Positions 18,283-28,486 of a DNA stretch of 47,960 nt are shown in pieces. Origin of the DNA: an uncultured Methanosarcinales archaeon (GTDB lineage: Archaea > Nanobdellota > Nanobdellia > Woesearchaeales > DATDXC01); contig CAZDZV010000001.1 in assembly GCA_964510025.1 (NCBI GenBank), forward strand, positions 229,399-277,358. The letters run 5' to 3'. Under the pieces are notes generated by a model. That model worked only from the letters and a program-made list of their open reading frames with translations. It had not been told where the DNA came from and did no database searches. Each line of letters begins with the position of its first letter. Position 1 is the first letter of the stretch. The position numbers and the translations under genes are program-made.

Positions 18283-19712
18283 CAGCTACCACCCATAAAT
18301 CTTCTCATCATTGGATTCATATCCATCATATGCTGCTGCGCTATCTCCTCATATAGCTTATAAATAATCATGACAGTAAGCAGTATTCCGGTGCCTCTGG
18401 AAAGAGCACCTGTCAAGTCTGCAGTTGCTGCCAAAAAACCCACTGTAAGGCCGCCCATTACTGTCAATGGCCAGATATATCTATCCAGAAGCCTCTCCAA
18501 GACCCTTTCATCTCTCCTAAAGCCGGGTATCTGCAAACCAGAAGACATCATCTGCTTAGCCTGGCTTTTGGCATCCATACCTGAAGTCTGCACCCAAAAG
18601 ATGCTAAATATCACTGCACCAATTATCATAAAGGACACATAAACCAAAGCTTGAAGATATATGTTCGATCCAATGAATATGGTTCCCTGTTCAATTATAG
18701 TACGGACAATGTTCGGGCTCTGGATCCAGTATATCAAACCAGAGATAGGCTGGCCAGAAACCTCACTGAACCTCCCCAAGATAGGGAGACCCCAATTCTG
18801 AAGCAACCTTCCCCATAACTGAAGATTAGCCATAAGTGCTGCCACTAAAATAACAGGAATATTTGAGGTATATATAAAGCTCAAAGGCCACCTTATTCCA
18901 TGACCGCGAACCCTGCCAAAACTTAATGGTATCTCAACCTTCATGGCTTGCGCATAGACGGCAATAACAAACACAAGAGCTGTAGATAGAAGGGCAGCTA
19001 TCTTTATGAAAGCCGTAGTAGGATCACCAGCAGCCAAGGCCTGAAATAAAGCAGGTATTGCACCAGCAGAATATGTGATTCCTGCTACTCCGCTAGGTCC
19101 GGGCAGCCAGTTGAATGTCTGAACAAATATGCTCTGTGAAACACCTGCAGCAATAAAAAGGCTGATTCCTGATCCAAAGCCCCATTTAGACACGACCTCA
19201 TCCATAAACAGGATCATAAGTCCGCCAAGGGTTAGCTGAAATATTAAGAGCAATTGCAACACATTGTATATGGGCATTCCTTTTGTAACTACTCCAGCAA
19301 ATCCTTCTGGCGACAAACCGCCCATCAAAACATATATGGCTGCTTCAAATATAATAAAGAATATTGCCAGCAGCTTCTGCACACCCTGGAATGTCCTTTT
19401 ACCTTCAGGAGAAGTCAGGTCAAACTTCACAATGCCTGATCCGTTTAAGAGCTGGAGGACAATAGAGGCTGTGACGATTGGTCCGATACCAAGGGAAATA
19501 ATGGACCCAAAGTTGGCTGCAAGAATTATGGAAAGATATTCAAATCTCTGAAGGGCGTTCTGCCCCAGACCAAACAGGGGCAATAATCCCAAGACAAAGA
19601 AAATTATCAGAATAATGAGTGTCCACTTTAGCTTTTCCTTGAAGGACAGCCTTTTCTGCGTCGGACCGACGACTTCCGGCAGATTTGATAGAATAGATTG
19701 CCAAACAGACAT
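18282..19712 (-). CDS. secY: Preprotein translocase subunit SecY
   Basis: LGIGPIVTASIVLQLL, DEVVSKWGFGSGISLFI, YTSNIPVIL, IPGFRRD, GTGILLTV. Confidence 0.97.
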   Translation of the reverse strand: MSVWQSILSNLPEVVGPTQKRLSFKEKLKWTLIILIIFFVLGLLPLFGLGQNALQRFEYLSIILAANFGSIISLGIGPIVTASIVLQLLNGSGIVKFDLTSPEGKRTFQGVQKLLAIFFIIFEAAIYVLMGGLSPEGFAGVVTKGMPIYNVLQLLLIFQLTLGGLMILFMDEVVSKWGFGSGISLFIAAGVSQSIFVQTFNWLPGPSGVAGITYSAGAIPALFQALAAGDPTTAFIKIAALLSTALVFVIAVYAQAMKVEIPLSFGRVRGHGIRWPLSFIYTSNIPVILVAALMANLQLWGRLLQNWGLPILGRFSEVSGQPISGLIYWIQSPNIVRTIIEQGTIFIGSNIYLQALVYVSFMIIGAVIFSIFWVQTSGMDAKSQAKQMMSSGLQIPGFRRDERVLERLLDRYIWPLTVMGGLTVGFLAATADLTGALSRGTGILLTVMIIYKLYEEIAQQHMMDMNPMMRRFMGGS

Positions 19713-19713
19713 T

Positions 19714-20139
19714 TTAGCTGCCTTTAATAACCACTTCGCCCCCCTTTTTTTTGATCTTCTCTAGAGCTTTTTTAGAAGCTTCCTTTACAGTTATTTTCAG
19801 TTTAGAACTTATATTGCCTTTTCCCAGCAGCTTGTCATAGCCCATCTTATCCAGATCAATTAAATCGGCACTCTTCAACTTTTCTGAATTGATGGCATTC
19901 TCGAGTTCAAAAATATTTATACTCCTAACCTCTTTCCTTATACCTTTTTTCTTGAATCCCTGTTTTCCAAAATATCTCTTACGCCAATATGAGGGCTTTT
20001 TTTGGTCTGCCCTCTTTCCTGTACCGGCACGGCCTCTGCCGCCTCTGCTGCCGGCGCCCCTGTGTTTTTTTCTGGAACCATACCCGTGGCTCCAACTACC
20101 TCTGTGCCGGCTATTTTTCTTTCGTTTATTAATGACCAT
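19714..20139 (-). CDS. rpl15: 50S ribosomal protein L15
   Basis: RGSWSHGYG...HRGAGSRGGRGRAG, KLLGKG. Confidence 0.95.
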   Translation of the reverse strand: MVINKRKKNSRHRGSWSHGYGSRKKHRGAGSRGGRGRAGTGKRADQKKPSYWRKRYFGKQGFKKKGIRKEVRSINIFELENAINSEKLKSADLIDLDKMGYDKLLGKGNISSKLKITVKEASKKALEKIKKKGGEVVIKGS

Positions 20140-20140
20140 T

Positions 20141-20572
20141 CTATATCATCCTTTTGATCAGATCGTTAATTTTGTCTCCCCGATATCCTAAGGCACCACC
20201 AGCATTAAAACCTGTTTTTACCCCTTTCCGGCCAAATCCTTTTTTAGGCGGGTTCAGCCTAAAGAAAGGCTTAACCTTTTTCTTCTCTACCATGATGAAG
20301 CCTTTATACTCAATTTTTTTCTTTTTATCTGTTTCTCTTCCTTTGTATAATTCTCCCCTTTTTTCCAGCAACTGCTTGTAAGTTTGCTCATCAATTTCTC
20401 CATATGTTACATAATCCTTGATTTTCTTTATCATACCCAAAAGAGCGGGAGTATTGTCTGCTATGCGGCAGTAGTTTTTCCTGAAAAGCTTCAGGGATTT
20501 CAGAGTATCCTTCACTCTGAAGTTTGCTTTCGTAGCTCCCCTCACCCTTATAACAGCAATTTTTTCACTCAT
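20141..20572 (-). CDS. rpl30: 50S ribosomal protein L30
   Basis: AVIRVRG, DYVTYGEI, FRLNPPKKG, GALGYRG..IN.LI.RM. Confidence 0.95.
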   Translation of the reverse strand: MSEKIAVIRVRGATKANFRVKDTLKSLKLFRKNYCRIADNTPALLGMIKKIKDYVTYGEIDEQTYKQLLEKRGELYKGRETDKKKKIEYKGFIMVEKKKVKPFFRLNPPKKGFGRKGVKTGFNAGGALGYRGDKINDLIKRMI

Positions 20573-21314
20573 TTTCCTGTATTGTCTCCTTTTTTGCTAC
20601 AATAGGCCCTTCCACAACACTACATTCTTTAGCTGCAGATGGAATCACCCTAGTTTCCATAAGGCTTTTCAGTGCATCAAAACAAGCCTGAATCAAATTT
20701 ATTGAACTTCTAGTCTGTCCTTTTGTTTTTGACCAAATATCCTTTATACCTGCAAGTTTCATAATTTTCTGCAATTCTTTCTGGATCCTAAGGCCGGTTC
20801 CATTAGGCGCAGGGATAAGATCAACTATTACCGAGCCTGATTTTCCCTGGACACGGAAAGGGATCGTATTCGGCTCTGTACTTACGTCTTCCCATGAGCC
20901 ATTTCCTCTCCTTATCTTAATAATGTTTAATTTTGCATTCCTTATTGCCTTTTCCCTAGCAGGGACGGTTTCCTTACTTTTGCCGTAGCCTATACCTACT
21001 ATTCCATTCATATTGCCGACGGCAGCAATTGTTGCGAATTTTGGCTTATTCCCCTCCTGCGTCTTTTTCTGTGTTTGCCTAAATACACGACGTTGCCCCC
21101 CGCCAAATTTACCCTTGGACTGGCCTATCAGCAACAGTTCACTTGACAGGTTAGGGATAAGCACGTCGACTATTTCTGGCTCTAATATCCTCAATCCGTT
21201 ATCCAAAATTTCGCATACATCCGTAATCTCATCATTTTTTACTTTTTTTCCTAAACCTGTTTTAGGATTCCAATTTTCCTTGTCAAATCCTGTATCTTCT
21301 TTCTTACCTACCAT
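20565..21314 (-). CDS. rps5: 30S ribosomal protein S5
   Basis: WNPKTGLGK, LEPEIVD, VGNMNGIVGIG, LIPAPNGTGL, LAGIKDIW. Confidence 0.95.
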   Translation of the reverse strand: MVGKKEDTGFDKENWNPKTGLGKKVKNDEITDVCEILDNGLRILEPEIVDVLIPNLSSELLLIGQSKGKFGGGQRRVFRQTQKKTQEGNKPKFATIAAVGNMNGIVGIGYGKSKETVPAREKAIRNAKLNIIKIRRGNGSWEDVSTEPNTIPFRVQGKSGSVIVDLIPAPNGTGLRIQKELQKIMKLAGIKDIWSKTKGQTRSSINLIQACFDALKSLMETRVIPSAAKECSVVEGPIVAKKETIQENE

Positions 21315-21315
21315 A

Positions 21316-21897
21316 TTAAGCACCTAGTATCTTATTCTTTATTTTGTCAAAATATTCTGAAAAACCCTCAGGCTCAATACCATTTTTCAAGTAAACGCCG
21401 AACCTTTTGCTGTAGTTTTCCTTATCACCTTTTATTGCTGAGGCATAGGATGCGATATGCTCCCCCCTTATCCTTTTCACAGTTGGTAGCATATCCTTGT
21501 TATGTGGTATTGATATTCCGCTGTCAAGAACGCCTTTTACTACAGCGTAGATTCTTGATCCCTTAATAGATTTCTGATATCCCATATCCAATACCATTTC
21601 CTTGATATTTTTTTCTTTGGCTTTCTTTCCGATCAGCAATCCTACAAGATAAGCGCTAGGAATATTTTGCTTACTGGATTTCCAACCTAAAGACTGGAGA
21701 TGGTTGCTCGAAACTGAAGCTAAGATACGATCTCCTTCTTTGCGATATTCGATTATCTGGACGATTATATTCTTCAATGTTTTCCTTACAACTAACCTTG
21801 GCTTTTCAGACAGTAAAAGTTTAAGCCTCATTCTGTAGTTTGTTAGGCCTTTCCTCTTCCTTCTGTACTGCACAACGTGCGTATTCTTCCTGCTCAT
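21316..21897 (-). CDS. rpl18: 50S ribosomal protein L18
   Basis: RRKRKGLTNYRMRLKLL, PRLVVRK, NIPSAYLVG. Confidence 0.95.
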   Translation of the reverse strand: MSRKNTHVVQYRRKRKGLTNYRMRLKLLLSEKPRLVVRKTLKNIIVQIIEYRKEGDRILASVSSNHLQSLGWKSSKQNIPSAYLVGLLIGKKAKEKNIKEMVLDMGYQKSIKGSRIYAVVKGVLDSGISIPHNKDMLPTVKRIRGEHIASYASAIKGDKENYSKRFGVYLKNGIEPEGFSEYFDKIKNKILGA

Positions 21898-22346
21898 TTT
21901 TTCTTAACCAAATTATTTTCTTCTAAATATAGTTTTATATGTCTTTTGCTCCTAAAAAAACCGCCCTTGCTCTTAAGGTATAGCTCCCTATATGCGCTTG
22001 TATCCAGAAGATTCTTGCTTTTAAGCTCCTTCAAAAACCTTCTCTGAATCCTTATCTTTCTGATCCATGCCTTTTTCTTTCCCAGTCTTGCAGTTTTTTT
22101 GCCTTTTCTGGATCCGTGACCTTTCTGCTTACCCTTGCTTTTCTGCAACTTGATTTTTTTTGTACGGAAACCAGATATACCTGTCGATTGTTTTTTCCTG
22201 ATGATACCTTTCTTTATGAGAGATTTTATGTCCACTTTCGTAATAGCTTCCTTCACCTCAGTGAGATTCTTGGGATTAATCCATATCCTTTTCTGCGAGC
22301 ATTTCAGTACAGCAGCAGCAAGCCTCTTCTGAACAACCAGTTTCAT
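21894..22346 (-). CDS. rpl19e: 50S ribosomal protein L19e
   Basis: QKRLAAAVLKC, GHGSRKGKKTAR, YRELYLKSKGGFF. Confidence 0.95.
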   Translation of the reverse strand: MKLVVQKRLAAAVLKCSQKRIWINPKNLTEVKEAITKVDIKSLIKKGIIRKKQSTGISGFRTKKIKLQKSKGKQKGHGSRKGKKTARLGKKKAWIRKIRIQRRFLKELKSKNLLDTSAYRELYLKSKGGFFRSKRHIKLYLEENNLVKKK

Positions 22347-22882
22347 CAAATATCCCTCTTTGTCAGCAACTTATCCTTTTCCTTCTTTTGCTTCTCTTTT
22401 TGCTCTTCTTCGCTTATCTTATCTGTCAGGTCTTCTTTCTTTTTCTTAACCTTTTTCTCTTCCCTCTTCTTTTTGCGCTGCAGCTTTTTTTCTTTTCTGG
22501 CAGCCATGCTCTCCTCTGCCTTCTTCAGATACGCTGCAATATCTTTGATATTGCTTACCTTAATGCCTTTTTCCTCAGCCAGCTTCACAATCTCAATCCT
22601 CTTTTTTTGGCCAAGACCTGATGATATAACAATACAGCCTTTTTCAGGCAGCTTATCCCTGATTGAAAAGATATGGACCGACTTTAAGCCGTCCTTAGTG
22701 AGATTCTTGATCTCCCTCGGGGTGCCGTATCCTGTGGATACGCTTTTTCTTTGCCCCCTTTTGCCTTGCCGCATCTTGGAATGCCATCCCTTAGGCTTTC
22801 TCCACTTCTTTTCCAGCTTTTTCTTTTTATGAATATCTTGTCTTACAAAATTCGGCTTCTTCCTTTTAATCTGCTTTTTCAT
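22346..22882 (-). CDS. rpl32e: 50S ribosomal protein L32e with Lys/Glu-rich C-terminal extension
   Basis: KPNFVRQD, WRKPKGWHSKMR, GYGTP; charged tail after about residue 115. Confidence 0.92.
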   Translation of the reverse strand: MKKQIKRKKPNFVRQDIHKKKKLEKKWRKPKGWHSKMRQGKRGQRKSVSTGYGTPREIKNLTKDGLKSVHIFSIRDKLPEKGCIVISSGLGQKKRIEIVKLAEEKGIKVSNIKDIAAYLKKAEESMAARKEKKLQRKKKREEKKVKKKKEDLTDKISEEEQKEKQKKEKDKLLTKRDI

Positions 22883-23430
22883 TTTATCTCTTTGTCATCC
22901 TTTTTGATTATGTATATGCCATCCTGGAATATCCTTCTATCATAAGCGGTTCTGCGAGTTAAATTCTCAATATCTGCAGCCACTTGGCCGCACCTCTCCT
23001 TGTCTATGCCTTCAACATGTATTAAATCACCGTCAATCTTAACATCGACGCCCTGCTTTACCCTTAATTTTCTCGGATACTTCTCCCCAAAAAAATTCTT
23101 AATTGTCAACTCAGCATTACTCAAAGACACATTCATTGGAAAATGACCCGAACAAATTTTTAGGGTATACTTATGCAAGTTCTGCCCGCCTGTGATCATA
23201 TTATTTATTGCGGCCTTAAACGTGCCAATAATCTTTTTTTCTCTTTTGCCGGATTTGCGGGAGCTGATAACCAGCATATTATCCTCTTTTTCAATCTTTA
23301 TGTTTGGGTTAGGGAAGGTCTTTGTTATCTGTCCTTTTGGACCCTTTATACTAACTTCCTTTCCATTGACAGATACCTCTATATCTTTAGGAATCTCTAC
23401 ATTCTGCTGTATTTTGGCTTCTCTGCTCAT
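22879..23430 (-). CDS. rpl6: 50S ribosomal protein L6
   Basis: KGPKG, HFPMNV, NFFGEK, DRRIFQDGIYI. Confidence 0.96.
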   Translation of the reverse strand: MSREAKIQQNVEIPKDIEVSVNGKEVSIKGPKGQITKTFPNPNIKIEKEDNMLVISSRKSGKREKKIIGTFKAAINNMITGGQNLHKYTLKICSGHFPMNVSLSNAELTIKNFFGEKYPRKLRVKQGVDVKIDGDLIHVEGIDKERCGQVAADIENLTRRTAYDRRIFQDGIYIIKKDDKEIK

Positions 23431-23431
23431 T

Positions 23432-23821
23432 TTAGTAACAGTATGCTATCAGTCTTCCTCCAAAATTATTCTTCAGCGCCTCTTTGTTGGACATGATACC
23501 TTTTGGGGTACTGACTATAAGGATCCCCATCCCCTTGGCAGGCAAATATCTTTTCTCAAATTTCTCAAAATCAGCCTTCTTGATGGCGTATCTAGGCTTG
23601 ACAGCTCCGCATCTGTTTATGTTTCCCAGGAGATTTATTCTTATGTATTTCCCTTTTCCATCCTCGATTTCCTTAAAGCTTCCAATATAGCCATTTTCAT
23701 TCATTATTGTAAATACTTTCTTAATAACCCCTGAGATAGGCTTGATAAGGCAATCCTGCTTGGCTACCTTCTCTGCGTTCAATATTTTTGATAATGCACT
23801 GGCTAATGGATCATTCAACAT
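23432..23821 (-). CDS. rps8: 30S ribosomal protein S8
   Basis: DPLASAL, INRCGAVKPR, STPKGIM, GGRLIAY. Confidence 0.96.
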   Translation of the reverse strand: MLNDPLASALSKILNAEKVAKQDCLIKPISGVIKKVFTIMNENGYIGSFKEIEDGKGKYIRINLLGNINRCGAVKPRYAIKKADFEKFEKRYLPAKGMGILIVSTPKGIMSNKEALKNNFGGRLIAYCY

Positions 23822-23830
23822 AAAATCACC

Positions 23831-24064
23831 CTAGGTATATTTTTTAAACCCAATCTTTGTGGCTATCTCTCTAAAACACTGCCGACAAACATGGATCCCA
23901 TATTTACTGATGTGCCCCCTTATCCTTCCGCAACGCACACATTTTTTAGTGCTTCGTCCAAACCCCCTTTTTTTGGGGCTATTGTGCTTGATAAACTTCT
24001 TAAGCTTTTCTGGCTTTGCTTTAAGCTGCTTGAATACTTTTTTATGTGAACTATATGTCATCAT
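23831..24064 (-). CDS. rps14: 30S ribosomal protein S14 (Zn-binding, N-terminally extended)
   Basis: CVRCG...[15 protein letters not shown]. Confidence 0.95.
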   Translation of the reverse strand: MMTYSSHKKVFKQLKAKPEKLKKFIKHNSPKKRGFGRSTKKCVRCGRIRGHISKYGIHVCRQCFREIATKIGFKKYT

Positions 24065-24573
24065 TCATCACCAATTTTGATCTTAAATTCATTTTTGATA
24101 TAATCAATGGCTTCCTCCCTGGAAATCCTATGCTTTTTAGGTATTTTTTTCCTTTTTACCCTTCTTTTCTTGATTCTGAATCCTGGCCTTTCCAAGGTCA
24201 CACAAGCTTCAAGGCCCATTACCCCTATCTTGGGATCGTATTTTGCCTGGGGGATATCTATATATTCTGGGATCCCAAAGGAAAGATTTCCTTCACCATC
24301 AAACTGAGATTTTTTTAACTCATTATTTTTGGACTCAAAAAGCCTTACAATAAGCTCCTTGGCCATTTTCCCTCTTAATGTAATCTTGCAGCCAATAGGC
24401 AGACCAGGACGAATTCCCCAGCTTGGTATCCTTTTCTTGCTGTATGTTTTCACTGGAGCTACTCCAGCAATATTTTTTAGAAGCTTGATCCCTTTTTCCA
24501 GCTTGGTCTGCTCCTTTCCTGCCCCTATATTCAGGGTTAATTTCGATATCTTAATGTTTCTCATCTTGTTCAT
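24061..24573 (-). CDS. rpl5: 50S ribosomal protein L5
   Basis: [35 protein letters not shown]. Confidence 0.96.
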   Translation of the reverse strand: MNKMRNIKISKLTLNIGAGKEQTKLEKGIKLLKNIAGVAPVKTYSKKRIPSWGIRPGLPIGCKITLRGKMAKELIVRLFESKNNELKKSQFDGEGNLSFGIPEYIDIPQAKYDPKIGVMGLEACVTLERPGFRIKKRRVKRKKIPKKHRISREEAIDYIKNEFKIKIGDE

Positions 24574-25259
24574 TTTTCTACTTTTATAACTGGCTTGTCC
24601 TTGCCAATAACAAAGGCATAGTCCTTAAGCGTCTCAAATATTTCTTCCTTGACCTTATAGGTTATCTTGTTCCCCTTTATATCCTCAACAGTTCCCAGTT
24701 CACTAATGTGCTTGCCACCGATCAAATATACCAAAGCCTTTTTCTTAAAGGGCAGCTTCTCCTTGATCTCGTTCTTTTTTGTGGACAAAATTAAGGTATC
24801 AGCTGTCTTGAAGTCATCCTTATCCACTATCAAATTGCTTCCGTCCGAAAGATGCAGCTGTGTTTTTCCTTTCAGTTTACTCTTGCCAACTACCCTCACG
24901 GGCCGCAACTCTGCGTCCTTTTTTTCTATTTTTATCACAGCTATCTTTCCCTTTTTATCCAAGATAACCCTGAAATATTCCTTTGTTTCTTCAGCTTCAA
25001 CTAAATCAAATAGTCCTACTGGAAATTTCAGCTCCTTTCTTCTTTTGCCATTTATCAGTATGTTCTTATTTTGCAAAATAAGCCTGCTCTCTCTCTTTGT
25101 ATTTGACAATGCCAGTACATCCCTCAGCATGACATTGAGGGGCATGCTTGTAGCCATATTATGCGGGCCAGGCAAGGGCCTTGTAACATACTTAAATCCC
25201 TTTTTCTTTATTCGCCAGCTATTCTCAATATTAAGCCTTTTTAGGTGTTTCTTACTCAT
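24570..25259 (-). CDS. rps4e: 30S ribosomal protein S4e
   Basis: HLKRL, PGPH, FPVGLFD, GGKH, FETLKDYAFVIG. Confidence 0.95.
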   Translation of the reverse strand: MSKKHLKRLNIENSWRIKKKGFKYVTRPLPGPHNMATSMPLNVMLRDVLALSNTKRESRLILQNKNILINGKRRKELKFPVGLFDLVEAEETKEYFRVILDKKGKIAVIKIEKKDAELRPVRVVGKSKLKGKTQLHLSDGSNLIVDKDDFKTADTLILSTKKNEIKEKLPFKKKALVYLIGGKHISELGTVEDIKGNKITYKVKEEIFETLKDYAFVIGKDKPVIKVEK

Positions 25260-25644
25260 TCTTATTCACTTTTTTTCTATTCATTGATTTCTGCCTCATT
25301 TTATCATCCAGGTTAAGTTCAGTTATCACGAGATTGGAAATAACTACAGGGTAACGTGTTTTGGTTCCGTCCTTTTTAGCTATGTCAATACCGCTTATTA
25401 TTGATTTTCCATCCTTTAGACTGACGGACTCTACTTTTCCGGTTTTACCTTTGAAGTGGCCCCGTACGATATTTACCTTGTCGCCTTTCTTGAGCCCAAT
25501 GGATCTAGCACCATATTTTTTTCTGAGTTCCTTAGACAAATGACAGGATACAAACTTCTGTCTCAAATGCAAGGGAGCATTGAACCTATACAGCCTTTGC
25601 TTTTTTGGCTTTTTGCTCTTTATCCAACTTTTTGAAAACTGCAT
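25252..25644 (-). CDS. rpl24: 50S ribosomal protein L24
   Basis: KPKKQR...APLH, LSKELR, GDKVNIVRG KOW motif. Confidence 0.95.
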   Translation of the reverse strand: MQFSKSWIKSKKPKKQRLYRFNAPLHLRQKFVSCHLSKELRKKYGARSIGLKKGDKVNIVRGHFKGKTGKVESVSLKDGKSIISGIDIAKKDGTKTRYPVVISNLVITELNLDDKMRQKSMNRKKVNKNE

Positions 25645-26046
25645 TTATACCACTATCCTGGCAACTTTGGCTATACCTGGCCATCTTTCGGTAACTTCCT
25701 TTGCGATCGCACCCTTAAATATAGTGCCTTTGGGATTGCCCTTGTCGTCCTTCAATACAACTGCCGCGTTATCCTCAAACTTAACTCTCATACCATTCGC
25801 TCTGCGATACTCCTTTTTCTGCCTAACAATAACCGCAAATACCACCTGCTTCCTCATATCAGGCCTTCCCCTTTTTACCGCAGCCAACACCAGATCTGAA
25901 ATTGATGCTGCCTGTTTCCTGCCTTTAACGGTTTTATGCCCTTTTACTCCAACTATCTCAATTACCTTTGCGCCTGAATTATCGCAGACATCAACCTGCG
26001 ATCCCAGTGGCAGACCTCTTGCTAATTTTGACTTAATCGACTTCAT
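25645..26046 (-). CDS. rpl14: 50S ribosomal protein L14
   Basis: DNSGAK, IVRQKKEYRR, FEDNAAV, PKGT. Confidence 0.96.
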   Translation of the reverse strand: MKSIKSKLARGLPLGSQVDVCDNSGAKVIEIVGVKGHKTVKGRKQAASISDLVLAAVKRGRPDMRKQVVFAVIVRQKKEYRRANGMRVKFEDNAAVVLKDDKGNPKGTIFKGAIAKEVTERWPGIAKVARIVV

Positions 26047-26422
26047 CTTTCTTAACTTCTTCTTTCTTTATCTTGGATTCCTCTAAAGCTTCCATCCTTT
26101 CCTTAAACCCTTTCTTCTTACCAATATTCTCCACAATTACAAAATGTTTGGTCTTGCTCAAAGGCCTGCACTCATGTATCCTGACTATATCACCCTCTTT
26201 GATTTGAAGGCAGGCGGGATTATGAGCTTTTACCTTTGTCCTTCTTTTCTCGTATCTTTCGAATTTTGGAAGGTAGAAACGCCTCTCAAACTCAACAACA
26301 GCTGTTTTATACATCTTGGTTGAAGTAACTATGCCTGTAAGAACCTTGCCTCTACAGCTTAAGCTGCCATGAATCGCGCAATTTTTATCAGTACACTTTT
26401 TAGTACTTTTTTTCTTTTTCAT
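26033..26422 (-). CDS. rps17: 30S ribosomal protein S17
   Basis: CTDKNCAIHG, KFERYEKR, ECRPLSKTKHF. Confidence 0.95.
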   Translation of the reverse strand: MKKKKSTKKCTDKNCAIHGSLSCRGKVLTGIVTSTKMYKTAVVEFERRFYLPKFERYEKRRTKVKAHNPACLQIKEGDIVRIHECRPLSKTKHFVIVENIGKKKGFKERMEALEESKIKKEEVKKDEVD

Positions 26423-26435
26423 GTTTGCATCACTC

Positions 26436-26744
26436 TTATTTAACAACTATTGTGTCAGGTGAAAAACCGCTATCAAGCAAAATTTCCTTGACCTTCTGCT
26501 TATGCTCTCCCTGAAGCTCTATTTTCCCTTCCTTGGATGTTCCGCCGCAGGCCAATTTGCTTTTCAATTTCTTTGCCAGCTCTTTCATATCGATCTCCTT
26601 ATCATCTATACCCTCTATCACTGTATAAGGTTTGTTGAATTTTTTTTTCTCGATGCTTATTGTTATCTTCTGACTCTCTTTGGCTATTGTTTCACAAACA
26701 CAAAGCTCTTTCACAAGCCCGCACTTTGGGCAAATTTCACTCAT
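26436..26744 (-). CDS. sui1: Translation initiation factor SUI1 (aIF1)
   Basis: CPKCGL..ELCVCE, LKSKLACGGT, IELQGEH. Confidence 0.95.
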   Translation of the reverse strand: MSEICPKCGLVKELCVCETIAKESQKITISIEKKKFNKPYTVIEGIDDKEIDMKELAKKLKSKLACGGTSKEGKIELQGEHKQKVKEILLDSGFSPDTIVVK

Positions 26745-26943
26745 CCTTTTTCTTTACCTCCTTTGATTTTTCAAGAGTAAGTATCTTAGCGATAGACCGT
26801 TTGATTTCTCTTATTTTTCCGGGACTTTTAGGTGTTGTTCCGGTAGATACCTGAGCATTGAGCTTCATAAGCTCTTTTCTAAGGTCCCCTAGCTTGGATT
26901 TTCGATCCTGCTTACTCAGGCTTTTCAGTTCCTTTATCTTCAT
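26737..26943 (-). CDS. rpl29: 50S ribosomal protein L29
   Basis: MKIKELK...LRKELMK...PGKIREIKRSIAKILT. Start moved to ATG 26943. Confidence 0.93.
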   Translation of the reverse strand: MKIKELKSLSKQDRKSKLGDLRKELMKLNAQVSTGTTPKSPGKIREIKRSIAKILTLEKSKEVKKKDE

Positions 26944-27592
26944 TTTCGTCCTTCTTTTCTTCAATTTCTGGCTTTGTTTCAGCCTTTTCCGGCTTTTCTT
27001 CCAGTATCGAAACATCATCGGGAAGCTTTATGGTGGGAGGCATTATCCTTACCTTAATACCCACTATGCCGGTCTTGAGCTTGGCTATAGAGTATGCCTT
27101 GAGCACACCTTCGATGGCTATATCCCCACATTTCTTGAGGTAGCCCGAATAAAAACGCCAGGATCTGGCCCTCGAGCTAGGTATCTTGCCATTGATAACT
27201 ATCTCTATGCCAAGGGCGCCTGCGCCCATAACGTCGCCCATTACCTTGTGGCCAATGCCTTTGAAATTCTTGGATCCGAATCTTTCCAGTGAATTTGAGA
27301 TCCTTTCTGCCACTATATTGGCATCCAAATTCGTATTTTCAACCTCATTAATCTCAATCTGCGGATTTTCAGCATTAAATTTCTTTTTGAGGACCTTTGT
27401 CAAGTCCTTGATATTTTGGCCCTTCCTTCCAACAACCAGACCAGGCCGTGAGGCATGAACGATTATCTTTTCCCCAAGCGGAGTCCTCTGAATTTTGGTC
27501 TTGGAGTGCCCAGCACCCTTTAGATTTTCACTTACAAATTCTTCAATCTGGAACTCCCTCAGTTTCTCTGCGATAAACTTCCTTTCAATCAT
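26912..27592 (-). CDS. rps3: 30S ribosomal protein S3
   Basis: RTPLG, RPGLVVGRKG KH domain, GALGIEI, GIKVRIMPP. Confidence 0.96.
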   Translation of the reverse strand: MIERKFIAEKLREFQIEEFVSENLKGAGHSKTKIQRTPLGEKIIVHASRPGLVVGRKGQNIKDLTKVLKKKFNAENPQIEINEVENTNLDANIVAERISNSLERFGSKNFKGIGHKVMGDVMGAGALGIEIVINGKIPSSRARSWRFYSGYLKKCGDIAIEGVLKAYSIAKLKTGIVGIKVRIMPPTIKLPDDVSILEEKPEKAETKPEIEEKKDENEDKGTEKPE

Positions 27593-28059
27593 TTTTTATC
27601 CTCTTTAGCACGTTTTTTTGTATCTTTCTTTGCTGTTTTTTTCCGCTCTTCCACTATTATCTCAATATTTGTCCTCTTCATCTTTCTTCTTCGTTTTCTG
27701 CCGTAATGCCACTGCTTTGCAGCCTTATTTACCACAATTTTGCTAATGATTAGGTCAGAGGTATTAAGCCCCTTAAATTGAGCATTTGCTTCAACATTTT
27801 CGAGCAATGATAATATCTCTTGAGATGCCTTCTGGGGAAACCTGCCAGGGCCAACCTTTGTCTGATGCGGAACGTCCCGCTTGTAGATCCTTATAGGCAA
27901 GGGCCTCTTAAAGGCGATAACATCCCTAAGGAACGATTTCGCCTTGTTCAGGTTTTTTTTCCTTATTTGGTTGGCAATCTCTATCGAGTGCTTCGTTGAT
28001 ATGGAAAGAGACCTGCCTAAAACCTTTGCCATATGCTCTTTATTGTATCCTAGTTTCAT
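27589..28059 (-). CDS. rpl22: 50S ribosomal protein L22
   Basis: [27 protein letters not shown]. Confidence 0.95.
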   Translation of the reverse strand: MKLGYNKEHMAKVLGRSLSISTKHSIEIANQIRKKNLNKAKSFLRDVIAFKRPLPIRIYKRDVPHQTKVGPGRFPQKASQEILSLLENVEANAQFKGLNTSDLIISKIVVNKAAKQWHYGRKRRRKMKRTNIEIIVEERKKTAKKDTKKRAKEDKK

Positions 28060-28439
28060 TTTACCGATAAGCTTGAGCTAGATCTGGTAGCTCCTATGCC
28101 TGGCGCAGAGTGCTGGACCGTCTTTCTGGTAAGCATAAACTCACCAAGTACATGCCCAATCATCTCTTCCTGGATATTTACAGCCTCAAAAGAGTTGCCA
28201 CGAAACACCAAGAAGGTCTTACCGACCATCTCAGGCAAGATTATCATATTTCTGCAATGGGTTCTGATATTATTCTTTCCATTTCGGATTTTTTTCAGCA
28301 ATTTTTTCTGAGCATCTGTAAGTCCCCTTTTCAAGGATCTTCTTTGCCTAGCAGGCAGAAGCTGCATAAACTCATTCATGCTCAGCGCCTGTAGTTCCTC
28401 TAGTGTCTTTCCCCTGTAAGTGAATATTTTTTTTGCCAT
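28056..28439 (-). CDS. rps19: 30S ribosomal protein S19
   Basis: [35 protein letters not shown]. Confidence 0.96.
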   Translation of the reverse strand: MAKKIFTYRGKTLEELQALSMNEFMQLLPARQRRSLKRGLTDAQKKLLKKIRNGKNNIRTHCRNMIILPEMVGKTFLVFRGNSFEAVNIQEEMIGHVLGEFMLTRKTVQHSAPGIGATRSSSSLSVK

Positions 28440-28486
28440 ACTTAAAAAGCACCTCGTGACCTTTGGCGTAAATTTCCAAATTTCAT

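Noticed and set aside
22116..25287. Long plus-strand ORFs (e.g. 22116-22832, 23192-23734, 24667-25287)
   Set aside because: Phe/Leu/Ser-rich antisense shadows of Lys-rich ribosomal protein genes, with no motifs.
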